From: Bacteroides sp.
GTDB lineage: Bacteria > Bacteroidota > Bacteroidia > Bacteroidales > GCA-2748055
NCBI GenBank assembly: GCA_011056635.1
Contig: DSEO01000153.1
Coordinates: 7,563 to 71,562 of the forward strand
DNA: 64,000 nt
Reading direction: 5' to 3'
Shown here: positions 43,878-52,759 of the stretch, in pieces
How the letters are laid out: each line of letters opens with the position of its first letter
Numbering within the stretch: position 1 is the first letter of the stretch
Notes under the pieces: generated by a model
Seen by the model: the letters and a program-made list of their open reading frames with translations, nothing else
Told to the model about the DNA's origin: nothing
Databases searched by the model: none
Program-made: the position numbers and the translations under genes

Positions 43878-44923
43878 CCAGCAACAGGTAAGGGTTTTTT
43901 CTTCATGGAGGATTCCCTGACGACCAGCTGATGATCCAGTACAATGGTTTTTGTCAGTACCGGATAGTCCTGGCCGAGTATTTCGATGAGCGTGGATGCG
44001 GCCACCTCCCCCATTTCCCTGCCGGGGTAGTGGATGGTTGTCAGCCCGGGTTCGATCACCCTGGAGAGATGCACATTGTTGAACCCGACCACGGCGATAT
44101 CCTCCGGGACCCGGATCCCGTGCTGTTTCAGTTCACATATCACGGAAACAGCCGAAGAATCATTGGCGGCAAATATCCCGTCCGGTGGAGAATCCATCTT
44201 CAGTATCTTTTCTACCGCAAACGTGCCGGTCTCCTCGTTCAGGATATCGATGAATGTCAGCTGTTTATCATCGGAGATCCCGTGTTCTGCTAGCGCTTTC
44301 CTGTAACCCGCGAACCGTTCCTTGTACACATTACAGACCAGGTTCCCCCCGATGAACATGATCCTGCGGCATCCCTGTTCGATGAGGTGTGATGTCGCAT
44401 CATATCCCGCTTTTTTGTTATCGATCACCACACTTGTGCATTTGTAATGAGAATCCACCTTGACCCGGTCAAACAGGACCACCGGGATCCCTTTCCCGAA
44501 AAACATGTCCAGGTGGTTCAGATCCCTGGTATCACAGGCCAGGGAGATCAGCAGTCCCTCCACCCGGCTGTTGTACATGGTGGATATGTTGACCTTTTCT
44601 TTTTCCACAGATTCATGCGACTGACTGATGATCAGGTTATAGCCCTTCTGATTCACTTTCTTTTCAATACCGGCCACGACCGAAGACTGGAAGCTGCTGT
44701 CAAGCCTGGGCAGGATCACTCCCAGCGTGTTGGACCTGTTCTTTCTCAGGTTCCGGGCAAAGGTATTCTGCTGATACCCCATGGCCCGGGCCTTATCGAT
44801 GATCTTCCTGGTGGTCTCTTTGCGGATGGCGGGATGATTTCTCAATCCCCTGCTCACCGTGGAAGCTGAAAGGTTCAGTGCCTTGGCAATATCATATATG
44901 GTAACCTCTTTTTTCTGGTTCAT
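43874..44923 (-). CDS. LacI-family transcriptional regulator
   Basis: N-terminal HTH VTIYDIAKALNLSASTVSRGLRNHP followed by a periplasmic-binding-protein-like sugar-binding core. 349 aa. Confidence 0.9.
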   Translation of the reverse strand: MNQKKEVTIYDIAKALNLSASTVSRGLRNHPAIRKETTRKIIDKARAMGYQQNTFARNLRKNRSNTLGVILPRLDSSFQSSVVAGIEKKVNQKGYNLIISQSHESVEKEKVNISTMYNSRVEGLLISLACDTRDLNHLDMFFGKGIPVVLFDRVKVDSHYKCTSVVIDNKKAGYDATSHLIEQGCRRIMFIGGNLVCNVYKERFAGYRKALAEHGISDDKQLTFIDILNEETGTFAVEKILKMDSPPDGIFAANDSSAVSVICELKQHGIRVPEDIAVVGFNNVHLSRVIEPGLTTIHYPGREMGEVAASTLIEILGQDYPVLTKTIVLDHQLVVRESSMKKKPLPVAG

Positions 44924-44984
44924 GGGATAAAATCCCGGTTAACCGGATTGTGGTATTAAATGTAAAAAAAATCCGCCATTTTCA

Positions 44985-45000
44985 TTGCAATCGGTTGCAA
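44985..45000. promoter_or_regulatory. LacI-family-type operator candidate TTGCAATCGGTTGCAA in the divergent lacI / UROD-like promoter region
   Basis: 16-nt near-palindrome (7 of 8 pairs) with a central CG. It lies 33 nt upstream of the GTG at 45033 and 62 nt upstream of the lacI start. Its reverse complement recurs at 49734-49749. Confidence 0.65.
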
Positions 45001-45032
45001 TTTTTCTACATTTATGATGAAAAAATTGACAA

Positions 45033-46064
45033 GTGACCGAAGCTCAATGGAATAAACTCCGGGATGTCATTGACGGAAAAGCATTTAATCCCATTCCCAC
45101 CGGATTCATCGTGGACAGTCCCTGGTTGCCCAACTGGTACGGAGTAAATATTCTCGATTATTTTACAAATGACGAAATCTGGCTGAATGCAAACCTGCAT
45201 GTGGCGGATACATTCCCCGGTGTCATGTTCCTTCCCGGTTTCTGGTCTGAATTCGGAATGTGTACGGAACCATCGGCATTCGGTTCAAAATGCGCCCTCC
45301 CGAAGAATGAGTTTCCCAACACACACAGGGTGATCCATTCCATGGAAGAAATACCGAAAATGAAAAAGCCGGATCCCAAGACGGACGGTTTTGCCCCCTT
45401 CATGCTCAACCGCCTGCTGCTTAACAGGCAAAAAATCGAGGACAGCGGTCACCGGATCTGCTTTTCGGTATCCAGGGGTCCGCTCAATATCGCCTCTTTC
45501 CTGATGGGGATGACCGAATTCATGACCGCGATGATCACGAATCCGGAAGAGGTCCATCAGCTCCTCGATCTGATCAATGAATACCTGCTCGAATGGCATG
45601 AACTGCAGGCAGCGTCCATCCCCACCATCGACGGAATCTTCGTCCTGGATGACATCATCGGCTTTATCGGGGAAGAAGAATTCAGGGAATTCGGTTTGCC
45701 CTATTTCAAAAAGCTTTTCAGCAGGGAGGCATCGGTGAAGTTCCTGCATAACGATGCCACCTGCAAGTCTTCCATCAAATACATGAACGAGATGGGCGTC
45801 AACCTTTTCAATATGGGTTTTGAATCAGATCTCAATGAATTGAAAACGCTCACGATGGACCGTGTCACCATGATGGGGAACATCCCTCCCAGGGATGTAC
45901 TGGCCAACGGCACCGGCGAAGAGATTGAAAAAGCGGTGAAGGCTCTGATCGGGGGACTGAAGCAGAAAAGCAGGGTCATCATGTCCTGCGGCGGAGGAAT
46001 GCCCCCGGATGTGACCTCGGAACAGATCCGGGCTTTCACGGACGCGGTCGCAAAGTACAGCTGA
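45033..46064 (+). CDS. Uroporphyrinogen-decarboxylase (URO-D/MtaA-like) family protein, cytoplasmic
   Basis: 343 aa with a GTG start; no in-frame ATG lies upstream. The overall URO-D-family pattern includes GPLNIASFLMG, DGIFVLDD..G.I..EEF.EFGLPYFKKL, FLHNDA and MMGNIPPRDVL. No signal peptide. Confidence 0.7.
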   Translation: MTEAQWNKLRDVIDGKAFNPIPTGFIVDSPWLPNWYGVNILDYFTNDEIWLNANLHVADTFPGVMFLPGFWSEFGMCTEPSAFGSKCALPKNEFPNTHRVIHSMEEIPKMKKPDPKTDGFAPFMLNRLLLNRQKIEDSGHRICFSVSRGPLNIASFLMGMTEFMTAMITNPEEVHQLLDLINEYLLEWHELQAASIPTIDGIFVLDDIIGFIGEEEFREFGLPYFKKLFSREASVKFLHNDATCKSSIKYMNEMGVNLFNMGFESDLNELKTLTMDRVTMMGNIPPRDVLANGTGEEIEKAVKALIGGLKQKSRVIMSCGGGMPPDVTSEQIRAFTDAVAKYS

Positions 46065-46090
46065 AACAGATGATATAATATATATATGGT

Positions 46091-47347
46091 ATGAAACGAA
46101 CACTAACAATCACACTGCTGCTGGTCGCCCTGCAAATATCAGCCCAGGAAATCGCAAGTTTGAATGTTTCTGCAGGTGACGTTGGCCGCCTGGATTGCCC
46201 GGTTTGCGTAAACCTGGACCAGATCAACCATAATGAGGACAGCGGCAGCCTGCTGCTCTTTGAGGTTGTCGGTAACAAGCAAGTTCCTGTTCCCTGTCAG
46301 CTGGAGACCGGACACTCCACCAGGCTGTGGTTTATACTTGCCGGCGAAACCGCCAAAGGGGAAAGCCGGCGGTTCGTTCTTCTCAGGCAGGAGGGGAACC
46401 CGGCATCCACTCCTGTCAGGTTGCATAAAAAGCATCAGAGCCTCAACCTGAGTTACCAGGATCATCCTGTACTGGATTACCAGTTCGAAACGATGTACCC
46501 GCCCGAGGGAGTTCCGGTCCTGTTCAAGCGTTCAGGCTTCATTCATCCCCTGTGGTCCCCCGACGGACAGGTCCTTTCGAGGATCCAGGCACCGGACCAC
46601 TATCACCATTACGGGATCTGGGGTCCCTGGACGAAAACCCATATCAACGGCCGGGAGGTGGACTTTTGGAACCTGATGAAAGGAGAAGGAACCGTCAGAT
46701 TCAGCGGTTTCCTCTCTGAAATAGAAGGACCTGTCTACAGCGGTTTTAAAGCCTTACAGGAGCATATTGATTTCGGCGGACGGGGAGAAGACCGGGTGGC
46801 CATGAACGAGGTGCTGGACGTCCGGGCCTGGAATGTGGGGAAAGGCGATGCATGGCTGATCGATTACACCACCACGCTGAATACCCCGCTCGATTCAGGG
46901 ATCATGCTGGATGCCTACCGGTATGGCGGCGGGATCGGATACCGGGCCACCGGGGACTGGCACAAGGATAACTGCACCGTCCTCACCTCCGAAGGCAAAG
47001 ACAGGTTGACTGCGGACGGCAGCAAAGCGAAGTGGTGCATTGTGGAAGGAGCGTCTGTCTCGGAAAAAGGCAGAAGCGGCATCCTGTTCATGGGGCACAC
47101 TTCCAACCGGGATTTCCCGGAACCCATGCGGGTATGGCCCGTGGACCAGAACCGGGGTCGGGGGGACATGTACTTCGAGTTCTGCCCCATCCGGCACAAG
47201 GACTGGAAACTGGATGAGGGCAGGGATTATACCCTGAAGTACCGCCTGCTGGTGTTCGACGGAAATGTTTCCGCGGAAGAGGCGGAGATGTACTGGCAGG
47301 GATTCGCCAATCCTCCCAGGGTTGAGATCCTGGGACCTGACAAATAA
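46091..47347 (+). CDS. PmoA-like / DUF6807 family protein, secreted (long form)
   Basis: Signal peptide MKRTLTITLLLVALQISAQE. Family core PDHYHHYGIWGPWTKTHINGREVDFWN. Confidence 0.65.
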   Translation: MKRTLTITLLLVALQISAQEIASLNVSAGDVGRLDCPVCVNLDQINHNEDSGSLLLFEVVGNKQVPVPCQLETGHSTRLWFILAGETAKGESRRFVLLRQEGNPASTPVRLHKKHQSLNLSYQDHPVLDYQFETMYPPEGVPVLFKRSGFIHPLWSPDGQVLSRIQAPDHYHHYGIWGPWTKTHINGREVDFWNLMKGEGTVRFSGFLSEIEGPVYSGFKALQEHIDFGGRGEDRVAMNEVLDVRAWNVGKGDAWLIDYTTTLNTPLDSGIMLDAYRYGGGIGYRATGDWHKDNCTVLTSEGKDRLTADGSKAKWCIVEGASVSEKGRSGILFMGHTSNRDFPEPMRVWPVDQNRGRGDMYFEFCPIRHKDWKLDEGRDYTLKYRLLVFDGNVSAEEAEMYWQGFANPPRVEILGPDK

Positions 47348-47359
47348 CACATTGCACAG

Positions 47360-48262
47360 ATGATGAATAGAAAGAGCGCATTGTATATCATCCCGGTGCT
47401 TTGCCTGATCGCAATACAGGGCCCGGCACAGAAGAAAGTAACAGCCGAAAAGCTGGGCGATAAGATCGAGATCAGGATCAACGGGGACCTGCTGACAAAT
47501 TACATCCTTTCCACATACGAGAAATATCCTTTCTTTTTCCCGGTGAACGGTCCCTCGAAGGCAAGTGTAACCTCCATGAGGAATGCCAATTACCCCCATC
47601 ACAGTTCCCTTTTCTTCGGGTGTGACCGGGTAAACGGGGGCAATTACTGGCAGGAGGGACTGGACGAGGGACAGATCATTCCCCTGAGGGCCGATATCCT
47701 GGAATCGGGAAGTGACAGGGTGGTCATTGAGAATGAAAATATCTGGAAACGGCCAGGGGCCATGGCACCCATCAGGGATGTGCGGACCATCAAGGTTACT
47801 GCTCCTTCCGATGCGATGTACCAGATCGACTTTGAGATCATCATGGAAATGTTGATGGATGTGACCATCGAAAAAACGAACCACTCGCTCCTGAGCGTAA
47901 GGATGGACCCTGACCTGGCCGTCACCAACGGGGGAACCATGGTGAATGCGGAAGGCGAGACCGGGGAGAAGGACACCTTCGGGAAACGCTCTCCGTGGAT
48001 GGACTATCACGGAGCCCGGATGGGTACCAAAGAAGGCATTGCCATTCTTCAGCACCCGTCCAATGAATGGTTCCCGGCACCCTGGTTCACCCGGGATTAC
48101 GGTTTTTTTTCTCCCACACCCATGTACTGGCCTGAAAACGGGAAGAATACGGTACTGCAAAAAGGCCGGCTGCTGAAACTGCGGTACAGGGTCCTGGTAC
48201 ATACCGGCGATCATCAGGAAGCCGGCATTGCGGCCCAGTTTGAAAAGTACAGCGGCGAATAG
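47360..48262 (+). CDS. PmoA-like / DUF6807 family protein, secreted (short form)
   Basis: Signal peptide MMNRKSALYIIPVLCLIAIQGPAQ. Family core YPHHSSLFFGCDRVNGGNYWQ. Confidence 0.65.
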   Translation: MMNRKSALYIIPVLCLIAIQGPAQKKVTAEKLGDKIEIRINGDLLTNYILSTYEKYPFFFPVNGPSKASVTSMRNANYPHHSSLFFGCDRVNGGNYWQEGLDEGQIIPLRADILESGSDRVVIENENIWKRPGAMAPIRDVRTIKVTAPSDAMYQIDFEIIMEMLMDVTIEKTNHSLLSVRMDPDLAVTNGGTMVNAEGETGEKDTFGKRSPWMDYHGARMGTKEGIAILQHPSNEWFPAPWFTRDYGFFSPTPMYWPENGKNTVLQKGRLLKLRYRVLVHTGDHQEAGIAAQFEKYSGE

Positions 48263-48310
48263 GCCGGATCATCATGAATGCATGTTCAATCCTATAAAAA
48301 CCATAAACCC

Positions 48311-49687
48311 ATGAAACGAAGAAATTTCTTAAAAACCACATCTGCGGCAGCAGCCAGTGCCATGGTAATACCCACCGTGGTACCCTCGTCGGTATTCGGT
48401 AAAAGCGCACCCAGCAACAAGATCCAGATCGGACAGATCGGGTGCGGCCGGATCGCCAGGGGCCATGACCTTCCAGGAACGATGCGATGGGATGTCTCCC
48501 GGGTGATTGCCGTAAGTGATGTGGACAAAAACCGCATGCTGGACGGCAAAAAGTTCGTGGAAAACTTTTATGCCAGGAAAGAGAACAGCGACAATGCCAT
48601 CGAGGTAAAAATGTATGATGATTACAAGGAGATGTTGCTGAACCCGGCAATCGATGCGGTGATCATCAGTACACCCGACCACTGGCATTCACAACCGGCC
48701 ATTGAAGCCTGCCTGGCAGGGAAGGACATTTACCTGCAGAAGCCTACTTCACTGACGATCACCGAGGGCCGGTTGCTGAGTGACATCGCCAGGAGACAGG
48801 GGACCATCCTGCAGCTGGGCACACAACAGCGCTCTTCCGAACAGTTCAGGATCGCCGCAGAACTGGTCAGGAACGGCAGGATCGGCAAACTGCATACGGT
48901 GAAAGTTGGTTTGCCGGGTGATCCGGCAGGTCCGGAAGCAGGTCCGGAGCCCATCCCTGACAACCTCAATTACGATATGTGGCTGGGTTCCACCCCTTAT
49001 GTGTATTATACGGAAATGGGCGTGCACCCGAAAGAGGGATACGACCGGCCGGGATGGTTGCGGAGGGAACAGTTCGGCGCCGGGATGATCACCGGCTGGG
49101 GCCAGCATCATTTCGATTCAGCCGCATGGGGAATGGACACGGAATTTACCGGTCCGGTATCCCTCGAGGCGGTCGCTGAATTCCCCAAATCCGGATTGTG
49201 GGATGTCCATGGTGATTTCATGGTGAAGGCCGAATACGAGAACGGCATCACCATGTATACCAGCGGCGGCTTCCCCAACGGGATCAGGTATGAAGGGTCG
49301 GACGGATGGATATTTGTATCCAGGGGAAATTACCAGGCCACGGCCAGTGATCCGGTATCCCAGGAGAGAAGCAGCAGGGCCTTGAATGCCAGCGATCCTG
49401 AGATCCTGAAATCGGTGATCGGGGAGGATGAGATCCATCTTTACAGGAGCGAGGAGCAGCATAAGAACTGGCTGGATTGCATCATCAGCAGGAAAGAGCC
49501 GATTTCCCCCGCAGAGATCGGTCACCGTACCTGCAGCGTCTGCCTGCTGAGCCATATCGCCATGAAACTGCCCAGGAAACTTTACTGGGACCCTGTGGTG
49601 GAGAGATTCCTCAATGATGAGGAGGCCAATGCCATGCTGAGCAGGCCGCAACGCGCACCATACGGTACAAACTACATCAGAATCTAA
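48311..49687 (+). CDS. Gfo/Idh/MocA-family oxidoreductase, TAT exported
   Basis: Probable start MKRRNFLKTTSAAAASAMV (ATG 48311; the track starts at 48278). Rossmann start IQIGQIGCGRIA. Also VIISTPDHWH. Confidence 0.8.
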   Translation: MKRRNFLKTTSAAAASAMVIPTVVPSSVFGKSAPSNKIQIGQIGCGRIARGHDLPGTMRWDVSRVIAVSDVDKNRMLDGKKFVENFYARKENSDNAIEVKMYDDYKEMLLNPAIDAVIISTPDHWHSQPAIEACLAGKDIYLQKPTSLTITEGRLLSDIARRQGTILQLGTQQRSSEQFRIAAELVRNGRIGKLHTVKVGLPGDPAGPEAGPEPIPDNLNYDMWLGSTPYVYYTEMGVHPKEGYDRPGWLRREQFGAGMITGWGQHHFDSAAWGMDTEFTGPVSLEAVAEFPKSGLWDVHGDFMVKAEYENGITMYTSGGFPNGIRYEGSDGWIFVSRGNYQATASDPVSQERSSRALNASDPEILKSVIGEDEIHLYRSEEQHKNWLDCIISRKEPISPAEIGHRTCSVCLLSHIAMKLPRKLYWDPVVERFLNDEEANAMLSRPQRAPYGTNYIRI

Positions 49688-49733
49688 ATTTATGAAGTTA
49701 TCTCTTGGCCAATTAAAAAGTTTTTGTAACTTG

Positions 49734-49749
49734 TTGCAACCGATTGCAT
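49734..49749. promoter_or_regulatory. LacI-family-type operator candidate TTGCAACCGATTGCAT upstream of SusC
   Basis: 15 of 16 nt are identical to the reverse complement of 44985-45000. It lies 54 nt upstream of the SusC ATG (49803). Confidence 0.65.
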
Positions 49750-49802
49750 AAGCAAATCAAATAAACCAACCCAATTTACCTAACTAATCTAAAACTAATT
49801 CT

Positions 49803-52739
49803 ATGAAAAAAAATCTTCTATTCTTTTTCTTCGGAATCACCTGCAGCCTATTCTGCATGCAATCATTTGCGCAGGTAAGGACTGTGACAGGTGTGGTCAC
49901 AGATGCTGCCACCGGAGAGCCCCTCATCGGGGTGAACATCGTGGTCGAAGGGACCACCATCGGAACGATCTCGGATTTGAGTGGAAACTATTCAATCTCT
50001 GTGCCGTCGGCCGAATCGATCCTTGATTTCTCTTTTGTGGGTTACACCACCCAGCAGGTTCCGGTGGGAAACCAGACTGAGATCAACGTGGCGCTTGAAC
50101 CCGGGGCCGTCGGCCTGGACGAGCTGGTGGTTATCGGATACGGTACCCAGCGCAGGGGAAGCATCACAGGGTCCGTTAGCTCGGTATCTTCCGACGACAT
50201 CCAGGAGCGGCCCGTTCTGAATGCGGGCCAGGCGCTCCAGGGAAGGGCTCCCGGCGTGGTTGCCCTGTCTAACGGGGGAAGCACACCCGGAACCGATGTG
50301 ACCATCCGGATCCGTGGCCGCAGATCGCTGACCGCCACCAACGAACCGCTGTACGTAGTGGACGGAATTCCGTGGCAGGGAAGCATTACAGGGCTCAACC
50401 CCAGGGATATCAAATCCATGGAGGTCCTGAAAGATGCTTCAGCCACCGCCATCTACGGATCCAGGGGCGCCAACGGGGTGATATTGATCACCACCTACCG
50501 GGGCGGGAACATGCCCACCACCGTATCCTATTCGGGACACTATGGCGTCTCCAGTGTGCTGGCTGTGCCCGATCTGATGAACGGTGAAGAGTACTACAGG
50601 CTGAAAGAGGTGGGAGGACGCGCTTTCACCCAGGCAGAACTGGATGCCTATGCAGCCGGAGTATCCACCGACTGGGTGGACCTGGTGCTGGGTAACGGCT
50701 ACCAGACCAACAACCAGCTGAGCATCCGGGGAGGCAATGAAAATACTGCCTATGCCATGTCGGCAAACTTTTTCAAAGAGGGCGGTGTGATCGAATTGCA
50801 GGACTACACCCGGAAAACCTTCCGCGTGAACCTGGACCACCAGGCCAACAAGTGGCTCAAAGTGGGGACATCCACCCAGGTGCTGAAAGGACTGCAGAAT
50901 GTAGGCCCCAACACCTACGGGGGCGCCTGCAACATTTCACCGCTGGCCGAACCCTATGATGCCGAAGGGAACCTGATCTTCCGTCCGGGTGCCGACCCGC
51001 TGCTCTGGAACCCGCTGGCCGATTACGAAGAGAACATCAGCCTCGATGAACGGGAATCTTTCAGGGTGTTCAGCAATATCTTCGCTGAGGCCGACATCCT
51101 GAAGAACCTGAGTTACAGGATGAACTTCGGACCCAGTCTCCGGGAGTACAGGAGGGGCGTTTTCCGGGGGAGCAATTCCAGCTCCCGCCAGGGAGGAACC
51201 CCACTGGTCCGCAAGGAACACCAGCGGATTTACGAGTACACATTCGAGAACATCCTGACCTACGACCTGGTAACGGACAATCACAACCTGAATTTCACCG
51301 GTCTTTACAGTATCCAGGAGTCCAATGCGGAAGAGACATTCATAGAAGTGGAGAACATCCCCTATGAAACACAGCAGTACCACAACCTGGGAACGGCCGA
51401 GACGGTGAACGATATGGGAAGTGACCTTTCCGAGTGGGGGATCATGTCTGTCATGGGCCGTGTGAACTACGAGCTGATGGGCAAGTATATGCTGACCCTG
51501 ACCGGCCGCTGGGACGGTTCGTCCAGGCTGGCAGAAGGCAACAAATGGGGATTCTTCCCCTCCGTGGCCGCCATGTGGCGGATCAGCAGCGAAAGTTTCA
51601 TGTCAGGACAGGACCTGTTCAACGACCTGCGCCTGAGGGCCAGTTACGGGATCACCGGTAATACGGGGATCGACCCCTACCAGACCCGGGGATCACTCAG
51701 CAGGAGTTTTTACAATTTCGGCGACAATGCGGGACTGGGCTTCAGGCCGGGAACCCTGGCCAACCCCGATCTGCGCTGGGAATCCTCTGCCACGACCAAC
51801 ATCGGACTGGATTTCGGGCTGATGCAGGGCCGCATCGTGGGTACCTTCGAGGTATACAACACCCATACATCCGACCTGCTGCTGGAAAGGCAGCTGCCCA
51901 TCACTTCCGGCTTTAACTCGGTGTTCGAGAATGTCGGTGAGACCCGCAACAGGGGCTGGGAACTGGGCCTGACCACCCGGAACATTGCCACCGGTGATTT
52001 CAGCTGGGAGACCAACCTGAACCTGTTCGGCAACAAGGAAGAGATCCTGGAGCTGTACGGAACGGGAGAGGATGATGTCGGCAACGAGTGGTTCATCGGT
52101 GAGCCGCTTACAGTCTGGTATGATTACGAGAAAATAGGGATCTGGCAGCTCGGTGAAGAAGATGCTGCTTCCGTCTATGCACAGTATCCGGGTGAGATCA
52201 AGATCAAGGACCAGGATGACAACGGTGTCCTGAACCAGGACGACAGGATCATCCTCGGCTCGGACATGCCCAGCCTGACCGTCAGTCTGGGATCCCGCCT
52301 GGAGTATAAGGGAGTCGACTTTTCTTTCATGCTGCTGGGTGTTTTCGGCCATACGGTGTACAACCGTTACCTCAGAGACAGGAGCACGCTGCAGGGAAGG
52401 TACAACAACCTGAATGTGGACTACTGGACCGAGACCAATCCCACCAATGAGCATCCCAAACCCGATGGTTCAAGGGAATACCCGCTTTACGAGACCACAA
52501 GGTGTTATTACCCGGGCGACTTCTTCAAGATCAAGAATGTGCAGCTGGGTTACAATATTCCGCGCACCGTGCTGTCCAATGTGGGTGTCAAGAAGCTGAG
52601 ACTCTATCTGAACCTGGATACATTCTTCATCTGGTCGCACCTGCAGAAGGGACTGGACCCGGAGAAATACGGAGGTGACATATCAGCCGATGTTCCATCG
52701 ACCCGCATGTATTCATTCGGGCTAATGGTTGATTTTTAA
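49803..52739 (+). CDS. SusC-like TonB-dependent transporter
   Basis: Signal peptide. CarbopepD_reg-like domain (VTGVVTDAATGEPLIGVNIVVEG). Plug (VVDGIPWQG...GSRGANGVILITT). Barrel ending in SFGLMVDF. Confidence 0.9.
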   Translation: MKKNLLFFFFGITCSLFCMQSFAQVRTVTGVVTDAATGEPLIGVNIVVEGTTIGTISDLSGNYSISVPSAESILDFSFVGYTTQQVPVGNQTEINVALEPGAVGLDELVVIGYGTQRRGSITGSVSSVSSDDIQERPVLNAGQALQGRAPGVVALSNGGSTPGTDVTIRIRGRRSLTATNEPLYVVDGIPWQGSITGLNPRDIKSMEVLKDASATAIYGSRGANGVILITTYRGGNMPTTVSYSGHYGVSSVLAVPDLMNGEEYYRLKEVGGRAFTQAELDAYAAGVSTDWVDLVLGNGYQTNNQLSIRGGNENTAYAMSANFFKEGGVIELQDYTRKTFRVNLDHQANKWLKVGTSTQVLKGLQNVGPNTYGGACNISPLAEPYDAEGNLIFRPGADPLLWNPLADYEENISLDERESFRVFSNIFAEADILKNLSYRMNFGPSLREYRRGVFRGSNSSSRQGGTPLVRKEHQRIYEYTFENILTYDLVTDNHNLNFTGLYSIQESNAEETFIEVENIPYETQQYHNLGTAETVNDMGSDLSEWGIMSVMGRVNYELMGKYMLTLTGRWDGSSRLAEGNKWGFFPSVAAMWRISSESFMSGQDLFNDLRLRASYGITGNTGIDPYQTRGSLSRSFYNFGDNAGLGFRPGTLANPDLRWESSATTNIGLDFGLMQGRIVGTFEVYNTHTSDLLLERQLPITSGFNSVFENVGETRNRGWELGLTTRNIATGDFSWETNLNLFGNKEEILELYGTGEDDVGNEWFIGEPLTVWYDYEKIGIWQLGEEDAASVYAQYPGEIKIKDQDDNGVLNQDDRIILGSDMPSLTVSLGSRLEYKGVDFSFMLLGVFGHTVYNRYLRDRSTLQGRYNNLNVDYWTETNPTNEHPKPDGSREYPLYETTRCYYPGDFFKIKNVQLGYNIPRTVLSNVGVKKLRLYLNLDTFFIWSHLQKGLDPEKYGGDISADVPSTRMYSFGLMVDF

Positions 52740-52759
52740 TTGATAACGGATGCTAAAAC

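Noticed and set aside
46895-48214. A 439-aa ORF antisense to both DUF6807 genes. Similar long antisense ORFs occur at 55149-56474, 61941-63239, 36005-37036, 37569-38540, 53054-54034, 57777-58745, 39194-40105, 3824-4681, 9413-10294 and 11743-12567.
   Set aside because: The translations are Arg/Gly/Pro/His-rich with no recognisable motifs. Each lies opposite a gene with strong family signatures. They occur only in the GC-rich parts of the window and disappear in the AT-richer block. This is typical of shadow ORFs in GC-rich coding DNA.
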